The notes below the pieces were generated by a model. That model worked only from the letters and a program-made list of their open reading frames with translations. It was not told where the DNA came from and did no database searches. DNA of 64,000 bases from Eledone cirrhosa. Lineage: Eukaryota. A program made the position numbers and the translations under genes. The DNA is taken from contig OZ024743.1 of the NCBI GenBank assembly GCA_964016885.1, positions 193,006,001-193,070,000 of the forward strand, given 5' to 3'. This document shows positions 39,620 to 52,121 of the stretch, piece after piece; position 1 is the stretch's first letter; each line of letters begins with the position of its first letter.

Positions 39620-41000
39620 GAAACTTTTCTTTTAATTGGCAATTAGATGAGTTTAAAATGGAGGGAAAACTTGGTAAAATCAAGGGATTAAGGAATATGA
39701 AGGAAAATTTCAGAAGCCATAACACAATATCCTACTACTATTTGACACCGATTTGCCGAACAACTACCAACATATTTATGGTTGAATTATAGTAAGCATT
39801 GAAAATATCATAACGCTGATAAAAAATAGATCTTACATAATATTTATTTGTTACTGTTTAAAAACAACAGTTAAATAGTAACGTCTAACTTTAAAAGGTT
39901 TAGATAATATGTTTGAGGGAATGGCAATGAACTATAATTGTATTTTCAACCGGTAGCCCTAAGTACGTAATTTATGTTATGATTGTTATTTGTATACAAA
40001 CAGTGCGGATTGATCTTAGTTAAGTAATTTTCCTGTTAAGACATCTGACGTCACTGACAGACATCCATCAGGCATTTTGCGGAAGTTATTCAGTGAAATC
40101 TCTTCCATTAATTAATATCAGAAGCGTCATAGAAAGATCTAGACGTTTATAATGTTGCCTTTTTTTAGCTACTTGGATAGATTTATCTAAAATATACCTC
40201 TGGATCATAAAAATCCAAACTAAATATAATCAATATGGTCGTCGGAATGTCTAGCTCAGTGAAATGAATCGATTGATAAACTAAATGGTTATTCATGGTC
40301 CTAACACGATACCAAATAAATATAAATCGGAAATATCTGAAGACTAACCTTTGTTAATTGTGTCAATTTTTATAGACAATCAACTAGATAAAAAGAAATT
40401 TGTTAACTTGAATTTAAATAATTCACTTATGTATGTTCCCATAACTTCTGGTGTAGTCATAGGGGCTCCGGCGTGATATATTTCAGCATTGTAAACCTGA
40501 CGCAACTGAACACTGCCGATTACTTCCAGAGAAGGCGAGAGAGTGTGTGAAAGAGATTCAGAAAAGTTCTGGATTTGTACTTTTTTATCGATTGCTAAAG
40601 GGTAAAAATTAGAATTGACCTCGGTGGGATTTGAACTTAGAGAGCCTTAACGAATATTGCAAAGCATTCTATCTTCTTAATTCACTTAGAATTGCAGTAC
40701 AATTTTTCATTTAAGTGCATCTGGTTAAATACTCGACAGGAACGCCTTTTAATTTGATTAATATTTATGTGCCTAAGAACATTAATGCTTCCTCTCTCAC
40801 CTCTAAGCCAGCAAGTCGTTTGAAAATACTAGAGTCTTAATGAGGAAGAAAATTACTGAAATACTTTCCAGGCATGAATTTAATACGATGTTAATGCATC
40901 GCTATGTTACCGAATAAACATCTCCCCTTCTATTACGCCTACCAAAATAAATCTAACCTCATCCTGCTCGTAACTGCAACGTCCTCTCTGATATGACATA
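39620..41000. promoter_or_regulatory. Probable promoter/5' region of the NBR1-like gene
   Basis: Upstream of the start exon, relatively CpG-rich, palindromic CRE site TGACGTCA at 40046-40053, candidate minus-strand donor aag|gttagt at 40349. TSS not determinable. Confidence 0.4.
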
Positions 41001-41379
41001 CAAATTTGTCTATTAGTTAATCCAGATGAATAGAGAGGGAAAGAATATTGTGTGCCATCAATAATGATGGTACAGTATTTATATTTATAGTACTTAAATA
41101 TTAAGCATGTTGGTGTCAATTTTAAATATGAATATTGAATATGTTGGTGTGAGTTTATATCCTGAAAGTAGTTTTGCATGCATGCATGGTCCCGTAACGC
41201 TGCAAGGAATCGTAGGGACCACATCTCTTCTCTAGGTTTAAATACAGCAAATTTCTTCTAGAAAATGAAGAAGAATCGACCCCAGTACTGGACTGATACT
41301 TTTTTTTATCAACCTCAAATGGATGAAAGGCAAAGTGGAACTCAGAGAACCGAAATGAATCCCGCAAGCTTCATATCAT

Positions 41380-42260
41380 TAAGTTGATGTATGGAACATG
41401 AGTTAAAGGTTCTTACATAAAACTATATGTAATTAGATCAATGTGTAATGTATATAACTCATTGAACAATAAGGATAAAGGAAAAAAAAAAAGGGGGTAA
41501 TTCACCACTAAGTGTGACAATCAACCACACCTCATATCTTAGAAGTTAACTAAAGACTTTGAGGCAAGCCAACATGCTCTCAACATTACCACGGGTGATG
41601 GCGACGCTAAAGCACTGAAATAACCAAGCACCCTCACACGCATCACCTGACACCTCAGTAAGGTGAGCCGCCAGTGATGACAAGAACTTTGCTGACAGCG
41701 ACCCAACACACCACCAAACATCTCGAATTCCACAGGCTGGAGAAAATAATTATTAGATAAATCCAGGTATTTCTGAATTTTATTCCGTTCGGCAACAAAA
41801 GCAGTGACCCTCACATTTACCATGGCATCCATGATGTGGGAGGGAGCAAAAGACTCACTGACTGTGACATCCCAGATGAGACGCCAGCCTCTTACCCAGG
41901 GACAAAGGGTAAGACCATCTGGTTTCTTCCCATCACTTCTGGATAAACCAGCCAGCTCCAGAACTATTGGGATATTTACCCAAGTCGGAGTCCGTGTGAT
42001 GATCAGGTTTAACTCGGTGTGGCAGGCAAAGCGACCAGCATTCAGGTGGCAGGACAAACCATGTAGACCTGTGGAGTTGAGGGACCTACCAGAGTGGCAT
42101 CTCAGTCCCCCACAGACGTCGGCTCCTACTTGAAGTGCAATGGAGATGCGGAGCTTGTCCTGACTGAGAAGGCCACCAATGTTGACAACAGACAGGGCAT
42201 CAATCCAGTCCCCCGAGAACTTTGCACTTGCAGAAAGTAAGCGACACCTAGAAAATTAAT
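41380..42260 (-). mobile_element. CRE-clade non-LTR retrotransposon 3' fragment (restriction-like endonuclease)
   Basis: LSRSDGKKPDGLTLCPWVRG..LIWDVTV...AERNKIQKY in ORF 41539..42057. Confidence 0.85.
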
Positions 42261-42524
42261 CGGAATGATCAAAGAGAGAGGTGAAAGTTTCCCTCGGACT
42301 GTAGCAGCGGGTGTAAAGGCATGGATGAAGGGTAGGGTGTTAGGATGTGGTTGGAGTGTTAGGGTGTGGGAAGTGTATGGGAGGGAGGAGATAAGGGTAA
42401 AGTGGTGCATACTAGGTATATGCTTTAACCTATGCACATGGAAGACAGATCTATATTACTGCACAACGCCAAAGATCTTGATTCTGTGTCATTGCCTTTC
42501 AGAGGTGTAATCGTGCAAGGACCA

Positions 42525-43140
42525 CTTTTGTAACCCCAGCCCAAGTCTTCCTAGGTCTTCCTACTCCATACCATCCGTTAACTTTGAGTGCCCTGCACCT
42601 TTTTATACAGCTATCACCCTTCATACGCATTACATGGCCATACCAATGCAATCTCCTTTCCTGCACACTACAAGCAACTGATCCCTCTTATGCCTAGTTT
42701 CTATCTCAGTTCATTGCCATTCATGTATGACATGTTACTATTACACATCCATTGGAGCGTGCCAGCTTCATTTCTTTCCAATCTTTGCAGGTCCTCTGCT
42801 CATAGTGCCCAGGTCTCACTGCCATGCACCATTGCTCTTCGTATACATGCATCATACAATCTGCCCTTTATTTTGAGGGGGAAACCTTTTGTAGCGAGCA
42901 ATGGTAGTAACTCCCTGAACTTTCTCTATCCCATTCTGACTCTGGCTAGTGTACTTTCAGAACAGCCTCCTCCACTGCTAATTTGGTCACCCAGATAACA
43001 AAAACTGTTGACTACCTCTACAGAGCCCTCTGGGCATTTGAAGGAGCTAGTATCCTGTGAACTTTTGCTACTTACTGCATCTGTGCATCAGCCACATATA
43101 AAATCTATGGTCATTGATAGCCTGCCTGTGATCCCATTTA
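42525..43140 (-). mobile_element. RTE RT C-terminal fragment
   Basis: Antisense similarity to 46100-46580 (YLGDQIS, YDAC, HGSETW). Confidence 0.8.
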
Positions 43141-45067
43141 TATATATGTGTGTGTACTCAAATATTTTGATCTCCCACATAAATCATTCTCTTTACTTTT
43201 TATTCATTCCATCACATTAAGTTAAATAGTGTTGGATAGAGATATGTGAGAATATTATGAATAGACACTGACATAAACATTAAAGTGATTCTTATAATAA
43301 TTGTTTCTAACATTGGCACAAGGCCACCATTTGGGGGGGGGGGGAGTTAATTATATCCACCCCATTACTTGACTGGTACTTTATTTTATTGACCACTGGA
43401 AGGATAAAAAGTAAAGTTGACCTCAACAGGATTGGAACTCAGAATGTAAAGATCCATAACAGATACTAGAAAGCATTTTTATCAACCAACCACTCTCGTG
43501 AGGTAATTTATGTTTTTCTGTATACAGAAGGAATAGGGAAAAGTATGTTTTTCACAGAAGACATTTTCCCACCTCTGTTTCTCTGAAATAAAGCCACTCC
43601 AATTTAAATTAAAATCTTCCAGCATAATTTGATATAAGATTCTTTTGTTACATTATGCTGTAAATTCTATTTTATCATCATCATCATCATTTTACATCTC
43701 CTTCCCGTGCTGGCTTAGGTTGGATAGGTTGTTACAATCCGAGACCAGGCAAGTCAAACTAACCAATCTTGCTTGTTATGTTCCATATTTGACATGGTTT
43801 CTACAGCTGGATGCTTTCCTAATATTAACTACCTTACAGAGTGTGCTAAGAGTATTTATGATGATATCAGCACCAATGCGTTTTTCATGCCACCAGTACC
43901 ACAACTTTACAAAATGGATTGGGTGCGTTTTATGGTATCAACACTAACACTTTACAAGGTGTACTGGGTGTAGTTTATTGGAGTACCAACACTAACTCTT
44001 TACTTGGTGTATTGGGTGCATTTTGTGATACCAGCACTAGAGAGATTGTCATATGCTTGACCAGACTGGAGCTTCTCTCCAATCCTCTATTGTCTACATT
44101 TAGTTTTAATAATAAAATAATTAATAATTTTAGCAAATCTCTCCAAATTCTTCATTAATTAATTAAAATACAGTGTATTAATTAATTTAAATACAGAAAT
44201 ATGGTCACAAAAGAGTTAACCAAAATTTATATCTCCTGTATACATTTGAAGCCTTGTTCTATTTTGAGAAATGAATATTTATTTTTTCTATTTACTTATT
44301 TGTGTGAACTGAAAAAATAGAAAGTCAGTCACTATTATGTCTCTCCTACTCTACTCTTAGAAAGTACCTTACCTTCTTATCCTACTCTCCTATCCTTTTT
44401 CTCACCCTCTTGCCATTTCTCCTGCCTGGAAATGCAATTTGCAGCCTTCTTTAACAATGTAGTAAGGGACTACGATAGTTTATGTATGCAATAGGAAAGA
44501 TCTTTGGTTTATTTTTGGTTTGGTAATATCTATGTTACAAATATGTCAAGCCTATATAGCTGAGAAGCACATCGAGCCTCTTCACATCTCGAACTCTTAG
44601 ATGCATGACACTTATCTCATATTTCATAACTAATATACACAGAGTGGGATTCTAAGTTGCTTGGCCTGATAGAAATAGCAAACAGACTACCCTATAATTA
44701 TACTCTAAGATTTTAATAAAAGGAAGCACAGATTGGATAAAGTAGTCCTGGATAGATTGTTTGTTAAAAAAAAAGATGAGATGGTCATGGCTGGAATAGT
44801 TTTTATTATAAGCCAGTTTGAGGGTGGTGGAGCATTGGACAAATTTTTTGCAGTATTTATTCCTGCTCTTTACGTTCTGAGTTCAAATCTCGCCAAGGTT
44901 AGCTTTGCTAACATCCTTACTGGGTCTATAAAATAAAGTACCAGTAATGCACTTTGTTGGCCTTGTAACTAAATCAGAAACCAATATAAGCCAGTTACAT
45001 CAAAGCTGACATGGAGTTAAACAATAACAGCTACCATAGATTATGTCTCATTACTATATATATATAT

Positions 45068-45150
45068 AGTGGTAGAATACTGGAAGGTAATATCCATTAC
45101 GAGCTGAGGATCCGCTAAGGTGAAACAACTGTTGTGTAACCACTTCTATA
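45068..45150. mobile_element. Mini PLE terminal-repeat remnant, same family as 47353-48510
   Basis: cgagCTGAGGAtccgctaaggtGAAAcaa plus an inverted copy of the 48470-48505 tail; between (TA)n tracts. Confidence 0.7.
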
Positions 45151-45185
45151 TATATATATGTAATATATATATATATATATATATA

Positions 45186-45864
45186 TAAGAAAAATGGAGT
45201 GCTGCGTGGTTGCACATGGGTTACATATGAATAAAATTAGTCCTTCATCAGTGATCTTCCACTTTCATTGGTATTTCATCGCTTTAAAAATCATATACCT
45301 CTGGTTGGTGCGAGCAATAACTAAATAAAGTTATTGGGACAAGTAAAATAGGGTGAAACGAGCGACACATGTAAACAAACAACGATGGTATGGCAATGGA
45401 AAGATAGGAAGAGACAAGTACATGATATCTATAAGCTTAAGCTTGGTGAATTCATGGACGAGAGATATATACAGACCATCCAACATGGGTGAGATGCGAG
45501 TGAGAAAAGGATTTCACACAGGTCAAACGGGAGGAAGTGAGAGAGGGGGAGAAGCAGAGAGTGAGTGGAAGTGTGAGGAAGAGGCCAGCCGAGAGAGAGT
45601 GTGACTGGCAGAGGGGGGTAAAAAGAAGGTGAGAGATACAGAGAGAGGGGAAACAGTAAGAAAGAAACAGACAATCGCAGCTGAGGAAAAAATATAAATA
45701 TAAGAAAAATGGAGTGCTGCGTGGTTGCACATGGGTTACATGTGAATAAAATTAGTCCTTCAACCAGAGGTATATGATTTTTAAAGTGATGAAATACCAA
45801 TGAAAGTTGGAAGATCACTGATGAAGGACTAATTTTATTCATATGTAAAAATGTCCAAGAAACA

Positions 45865-45869
<5 letters not shown>
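45186..45869. mobile_element. Second PLE-like remnant with direct and inverted terminal pieces and a hammerhead core
   Basis: 45186-45246 is repeated at 45700-45762; 45220-45308 is inverted at 45762-45849; CTGATGA at 45818, GAAA at 45859; (TA)n on both sides. Confidence 0.6.
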
Positions 45870-45931
<62 letters not shown>

Positions 45932-46008
45932 TATATGTAAACATATGCATGTGTGTGTATATATATGTATATATATAAAAACATAGGCATGTGCATGTAT
46001 GTGTACTC

Positions 46009-46054
<46 letters not shown>

Positions 46055-46706
46055 TAGAGAAATTAGACAGTAGAAGTCGCATTGATAGACACATTTTTCA
46101 AATGCAGGCGGGTGCTATAGAAGTGGTGGATAGCTTCCGGTACCTAGGAGATCAGATTAGCATGGGGGGGGGGGTTCCGAGGCCATAGTATCTAGAATAG
46201 GGACGGGTTGGAAGAAGTTTAGGGAGCTGCTTCCTCTGCTGACGAAGAAGGGTTTCTCCCTGCGTACGAAAGGCCGGTTATATGATGCCTGTGTGAGGAG
46301 CGCGATGCTGCATGGTAGTGAGACATGGGCAGCAACTGCAGAGGATATGCAACGGCTGGAGAGAAATGAGGCAAGCATGCTCCGTTGGATGTGCACTGTC
46401 AATGTGCGTGAACAACCCAGCATGAATGTGTTGAGAGAGAAACTGTGTCTGAATGTAGTGTACGGGAGAGAAGACTGAGGTGGTATGGACATGTGATGCG
46501 CATGGAAGATGACTGATGGGTAAAGAAGTGCCAGGAAATGCCAGTTGAAGGAAGACGTGGTAGAGGTAGACCACGAAAAACATGGGTGGAGGTGGTGAGA
46601 ACAGACCTCAGATCGCTGAAGCTCACGGTGGAGATGACAAGTGGAGAGATGCTGTGCTGAATAAGACCCGCAAGCAGGGAAGAGCGGACGTAAAATGATG
46701 ATGATA
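46055..46706 (+). mobile_element. RTE LINE 3' end
   Basis: VVDSFRYLGDQIS, MLHGSETW, GRPRKTW, ggacgtaaaat(gat)n tail. Confidence 0.88.
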
Positions 46707-46726
46707 TATATATATACATATATATA

Positions 46727-46755
<29 letters not shown>

Positions 46756-46759
<4 letters not shown>

Positions 46760-46952
46760 TGGTAAACGGAATAGAAAATGCTGACAAATTGTTCACAGTG
46801 AAAAATAGTTTAATTAGGAATAAGTGAGAATTAGTAATTGTATTGGTTAGTATTCAACTAACCAATACAATTACTAATTCTCACTTATTCCTAATTAAAC
46901 TATTTTTCACTGTGAACAATTTGTCAGCATTTTCTATTATGTTTACCAATAT
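46756..46952. repeat. Near-perfect palindrome, ~96-bp arms, 5-nt loop
   Basis: 46756-46851 vs 46857-46952, loop attca; embedded in (TA)n. Confidence 0.92.
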
Positions 46953-46999
46953 ATAATAACTTGTGTGTTACACCTCTATTCTTTTAAATATATATATAT

Positions 47000-47260
47000 A
47001 TCATCATCACCGTTTTACGTCCGTTCTTCCACGCTAGCATGGGTTAGACGGGTTGTCCTGTTGTGTGCAGTGTCTGGTCGGCTGACCATGCCTTGCTCAT
47101 ACAGGAACTGATCTGGCTTGATTTCTACAGCTGGATGCCCTTCCTAACATCAACCTCATTTACAGTGAGTGCTGGGTGCTTTTTCGTGGCGCCTACACGT
47201 CCACTTTACAGTGTGGGCTGGGTGCTTTTTTGCCGTGGCACCTCCACGACCACCTTGCGG
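47000..47260 (-). mobile_element. RTE-tailed short element
   Basis: Reverse complement of the 32755-33030 family. Confidence 0.8.
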
Positions 47261-47352
47261 TGAGGGGTGTGGGGCATATTGTTTATATGCTTCAGCATGT
47301 ACCCATGGGAGGTCGGGTACTCTATATATATATACTCCATATATATATATAT

Positions 47353-48510
47353 GTAGAAGTAGTAACACAACAGTTAGTTCACCATACCGAGAACAATCGT
47401 TTCACCTTAGCAGATCTTCAGCTGGGACTGGTCATGTTTAAACGGAACAGGAAGAACAACCGTATGAACGTTCATGCGCAGAAACGTTCACTTCACCCAA
47501 GTGATACAAAGCCACGGGTGAAAGGTGTATGGGAGATAACTGCGAAAGTCTGGAAAAGATGTTCGAGTTGATTAGAAAATTAGAATGTTGTTGTTATTCA
47601 ATCCGAAGCTTTGTAGGAAAAAATGTTTAGCCCTCTTAGATAGACACTTTCTCATAGGTCACAAATACTGCTCCATCTTTAATAGACATAGAGTAAAACT
47701 AGGGTACTCCTGTGTTAAGAATATGAAGGTCCACATAACCGAAAGCCAGAAGCTTGTCCCCTTCAACAGCAATGCAACACATCCGCTGTAGTTTATGAAG
47801 CTGTGGTCACTTCCAACCGACCAAATCAACCACAGGAGGTCAAATCCTATGTGGGTATGGCGGAGGGACGATTTAAGGAATGCTTCCTGAACCATCAGTC
47901 GACCTTTAGGTACCCATACAAATGATCATTCACGAAACTCGCGAGCCACGTATGGTCCTTCAAGGACTCAGGTATAGACTACTCCATTCAATGAAAAGCC
48001 ATCACTAAGTCCAAGCCATACGCAAGGGGCAATCCGTCTTGTGGACTGTGTATTGAAGAAAGGATAAATATTCTAAGGAGATTACGCAATAACGATTGCC
48101 TAAATTCAAGAAACGAAATCTTCTTACATTGTCCACATGTCTGGAAACACCTCTTGCATAACTACAAAGCTCCAGATTGAATAACAACAACATTTTAATT
48201 TTCTATGGGTTGGATGAGTCAGCTTTAGAATAGTACATCTTTTCCGGACTTTCGCAGTTATCTTCCTTACTTCTTTCGCCCATGGCTTTGTATCGCTTGG
48301 GTGAAGTGACCGTTTCTGTGCATGCACGTTCATATGGTTGTTCTTCCGGTTCTGTTTAACCATGACCAGTTCGAGCTAAAGATCCGCTAAGGTGAAACAA
48401 TTGTTCTCGGTATGGTGAACTAACTGTTGTGTTTCTACTTCTACCAAACTCGTTCCATGGACTGAGTGCTCTACCACTACAGATATTACCTTCCAGTGTT
48501 CTACCTCTCT
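47353..48510 (+). mobile_element. 5'-truncated Penelope-like element: inverted pLTR, GIY-YIG fragment, pLTR and tail
   Basis: LLDRHF..HKY..IFNRHRVKLGYSC.KNMK and SYVGMAEGRFKE.FLNHQSTFR. 47353-47615 is inverted at 48162-48445. (TA)n flanks. Confidence 0.82.
48371..48410 (+). ncRNA. Minimal hammerhead motif in PLE pLTR (core mutated CTAAAGA)
   Basis: tcgag CTAAAGA tccgctaaggt GAAA caattg TT ctcgg. The inverted copy at 47387-47426 keeps CTGAAGA. Confidence 0.6.
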
Positions 48511-49128
48511 CTCTCTATATATATATATTCCGAAGAGATATAATAAACATGTATGTGTATATTTGTATGTATATATTATGATCTAGTCAGAAGGTACAGC
48601 ATCCATAGTTTTTGTAACCCCTCAAAGACTGATGGTATGAATATAGTTGATGTTCAACTCGACATCTGCTGAAAGAGCTGTGACACACTGAGGAGGAACA
48701 ATAAGCTAATACTAGCTTATCTAATGAAATCTTTAGATAGAGAGTAAAAGAACAGACAGAAAGCTCTTACCCCCAATACACAATATATAGTAAACATGTA
48801 TGATCTTATCTTGTGATATGTCTGCTGCTGCAGAATATTCTGTTTTGACAACTATATTTCTTATCAGACAGTGTAAAATAAATTACTGCAACTCTTTGTA
48901 ATCAGTAGTCATTAGGGTTGAATATAAGACTGCTCAAAGTGAACTGTGTGTCCCAAAATGTACCCTTTTATATTAACAAGATGAAATTGTCTTGCAAGGA
49001 AAATCTACCACAAAGGACACAAAATGAAATTAACTTTCAAGAAACATATATACTGATTAATAACATACATACATATATAACAGCATACAACATAATTAGT
49101 CTAAGTGAGGTATTTTTTAGCCAAAGTT

Positions 49129-49494
49129 ATTGTTATATTTGGGAGGGTCATGTTCTAATATTGCCAGAAAAATATAGCAAAACACACTCACTGTTTGGTT
49201 TTTGCTTCAGTATATCCTTATATTTCTATAGATAATTTAGCTGGCAATCAATATTTATCATTGATTGACCAACAATTAAAAAATATAAATATAGTTTCTC
49301 AGAGTTCTTTTATCACACATATCTATGACATCATCAGTGATTATCATGTTTCTATGTTTCCTCCCATTGTGTTCCTATTATGTTTTCTTATTTTGAAATA
49401 TAAAGATATACTGAAGCGAAAACAAAACCAAACTGGGTGTGTTTTACTATTTTTCTGGCAATATTAGAACATGATCCTCCCCAAATATAACAAT
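49129..49494. mobile_element. MITE-like element with ~100-bp imperfect inverted arms
   Basis: 49129-49227 vs 49394-49494 (catgttctaatattgccagaaaaat / atttttctggcaatattagaacatg). Confidence 0.7.
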
Positions 49495-51495
49495 ATCTGT
49501 TTCAACACACGATTTCATATAAAAACCTTGCAAAACAAATACATCACTGTCTAGAAAAAGGGCTTTACAAATGTTCATGAAATAATGAATTATTTTGGGT
49601 GAATATAAAACTGCTCAGAACCGACAATGGGCATCTCCTTTTTTAAGAGAGATTTGGATACTATTTCTGGCAGGTCAAGGGGCCACATAGAGGCTCCCTC
49701 ATTAGGTTGAGGGTTAATGATCTGGGGAGTTTAGATGTGTCAAGAGTTTTGGTGGCGAATGTGGCAGGGAATTGTAATATAATGGCAGAGACTGTGCTAG
49801 CTGGAGCTTATTACAGCAAGAAACTATACCCCTCATGTCTGTTGTTGAGGGAAATATGGTTGCTAATATTAGGAGGTTAACTAATCATGTAAAGGCTCCC
49901 TCTGAATAAATGATTTTTTGATCAAGCAAACCTATAATCAACGCCAGCTGTGACCTATCCCATCGATTTGTATATCAGAACTTACATAACCCTGTGTGTC
50001 ATTTCCTTATTTAAGAATGTTGAATGGAATTTGAGGAAGATTTGGTTGTTGTTTCTAGTAGTTTATGTGAACTTGCAGAAGTTCTTTGACTGGAGATCAC
50101 AATAATTTACATTTTCTGATAGGTTGTCAACCACTGTCCTATCATTATCACAGTACTACATCTGTGGCAAAGACACATTCTTCTTAGCTTTAAATCAGTA
50201 CAATGAAGACGTACATTTTCCTGCTATAGATAAAGCTGGCCTTCTGTCCATATGCTAGATATATCATTTTACACTCTTGAGTAAATATTACTAAAAATAT
50301 CTGACAAAATGTTTTACAGTTCAATGAGGTAAGAATTCCATCATGTTTATAAACATGAGCTATTAGTCATGAAAAAAGAACCTTGACATGCAAGAAATTT
50401 ATTTCAAATAATCTACTATCTTTAAAAAAATGAAACCACACATATATTAAATAATATATTCTTAGCTAACAATAGAAAAAAATGGATTTATTATTGATCT
50501 GAATGTTGTGATTGATATGAGCATGAACAAAAACAACAATGGTAAAGACATGGGTCACTCAACCAGCTAAAAATAGCAGATAGCCAATCTCCCTCATATT
50601 ACACTCTGCTATCTTAAAATAAGATAACGTGATCTGAAACACTCTTTAAAAAAAACATGATTATCACAGAATAGGTCTGCTCAATCAGGTTTGACCTAGG
50701 AGCTAACCATCAACATCAGCTGTAATTATTCCTGCTATCAGTGGAGCTAGGAATTATGTGACCTGCTAATAGCACAATAGCAATAAAAGAAGCAATTAAG
50801 TTTTGTTTGTGTGACTGAAAAACTTTGCACAGACAGGCTGTATGTGTGTTTGTATATAAAAAGTATTGTTAGCTTACATAACTGACACTATCCTCTTTTA
50901 AACTTGTGCTTGTGTACACCAAATCATCTGAATTGTGTCATTATCACCATCATCATTACATCTACTTTTCCATGCTGGTATGGGTTGGATGAGTCAGCTT
51001 TAGAATAGTACCTCTCTATTCACCATAGTCCTTTATCATCTCTTCTTTATCATCTCCTCTGTGTAGCTCAGCATCATGATTCAGATTTTACCACTTTTGC
51101 CCAGATCTTGATCAACCTTAAGAAAGGTGAAACTAATCAGACGATTCTCATTGTTAATTGACAAAACTTCAGTAGTTATATTTTCACAGCCATACTAAAT
51201 ATATTTTTATTAAATATATTGTATTATATGTTGTGTCAAGACACTTTATTTCACGTTGCTCCAGTTTACTCAGCTATAGAAAAGAGTTGTGATGTCACAG
51301 GTGCCAAACTGTATCAGCCTTGGCTTTTCTCTTGGACAACATCGGTGACATGGAGAAGCGAGGCTGGTATGCATGGGTGACTGTTAGTCTTCCACAAACA
51401 ACCTTGCCTGGACTTATGCCTTGGAGGTGCAAATCCCATTGTCATTCGTGACTGAAGGGGGTCTTTACTCTTACCCTTTATATATATATATATAT

Positions 51496-51530
<35 letters not shown>

Positions 51531-51718
51531 TATCATCATTTCATTTTACGTCCACTTTTTCCCTGCTTGCAAGGGTGGGACGGGAACTGATTCTGGCTTG
51601 ATTACTACAGCTGGATGCCCTTCCTAACACCAACCTCATTTACAGTGAGTGCTGGGTGCTTTTTTGCCGTGGCACCTCCACGACCACTTTGCAGTGGAAT
51701 GATAGGAACTCAAGTCCC

Positions 51719-51887
51719 TATCATCTCATTTCTACAGCTGAGTAAACTGGAGCAATGTGAAATAAAGTGTCTTGCTCAAGGAAACAACACAGCACCCGGT
51801 CTGAGAATTGAGTGATGTGTTGTTTTCTTGAGCAAGACACTTTATTTCACATTGCTCCAGTTTACTCAGCTGTAGAAATGAGATGAT
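51719..51887. repeat. SINE-derived hairpin, ~75-bp arms
   Basis: atcatctcatttctacagctgagtaaactggagc... and its reverse complement, short spacer. Confidence 0.88.
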
Positions 51888-51953
51888 ATATATATATGTA
51901 AAAGGTAAACAGAAATAACAACACAATCGGTACAGTATATATATATATATATA

Positions 51954-52008
51954 CATCTAACCCATGCTAGCATGGAAGATGGATATTAAACGATGATGAT
52001 GATGATGA

Positions 52009-52072
<64 letters not shown>

Positions 52073-52121
52073 TCATCATCATCGTTTAATATCCATCTTC
52101 CATGCTAGCATGGGTTAGATG
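51954..52121. repeat. Palindrome of an RTE-type tail centred on (TA)n
   Basis: catctaacccatgctagcatggaagatggatattaaac(gat)n (TA)n (atc)n gtttaatatccatcttccatgctagcatgggttagatg. Confidence 0.92.

Noticed and set aside
44373-44425. 53-nt minus-strand cassette with strong donor
   Set aside because: Stops in all three frames; could only be a UTR exon and cannot be supported without transcripts.
45429-46094. 221-aa ORF rich in IY repeats
   Set aside because: Artefact of (TA)n tracts and antisense repeat sequence; the same applies to most short ORFs in the track.
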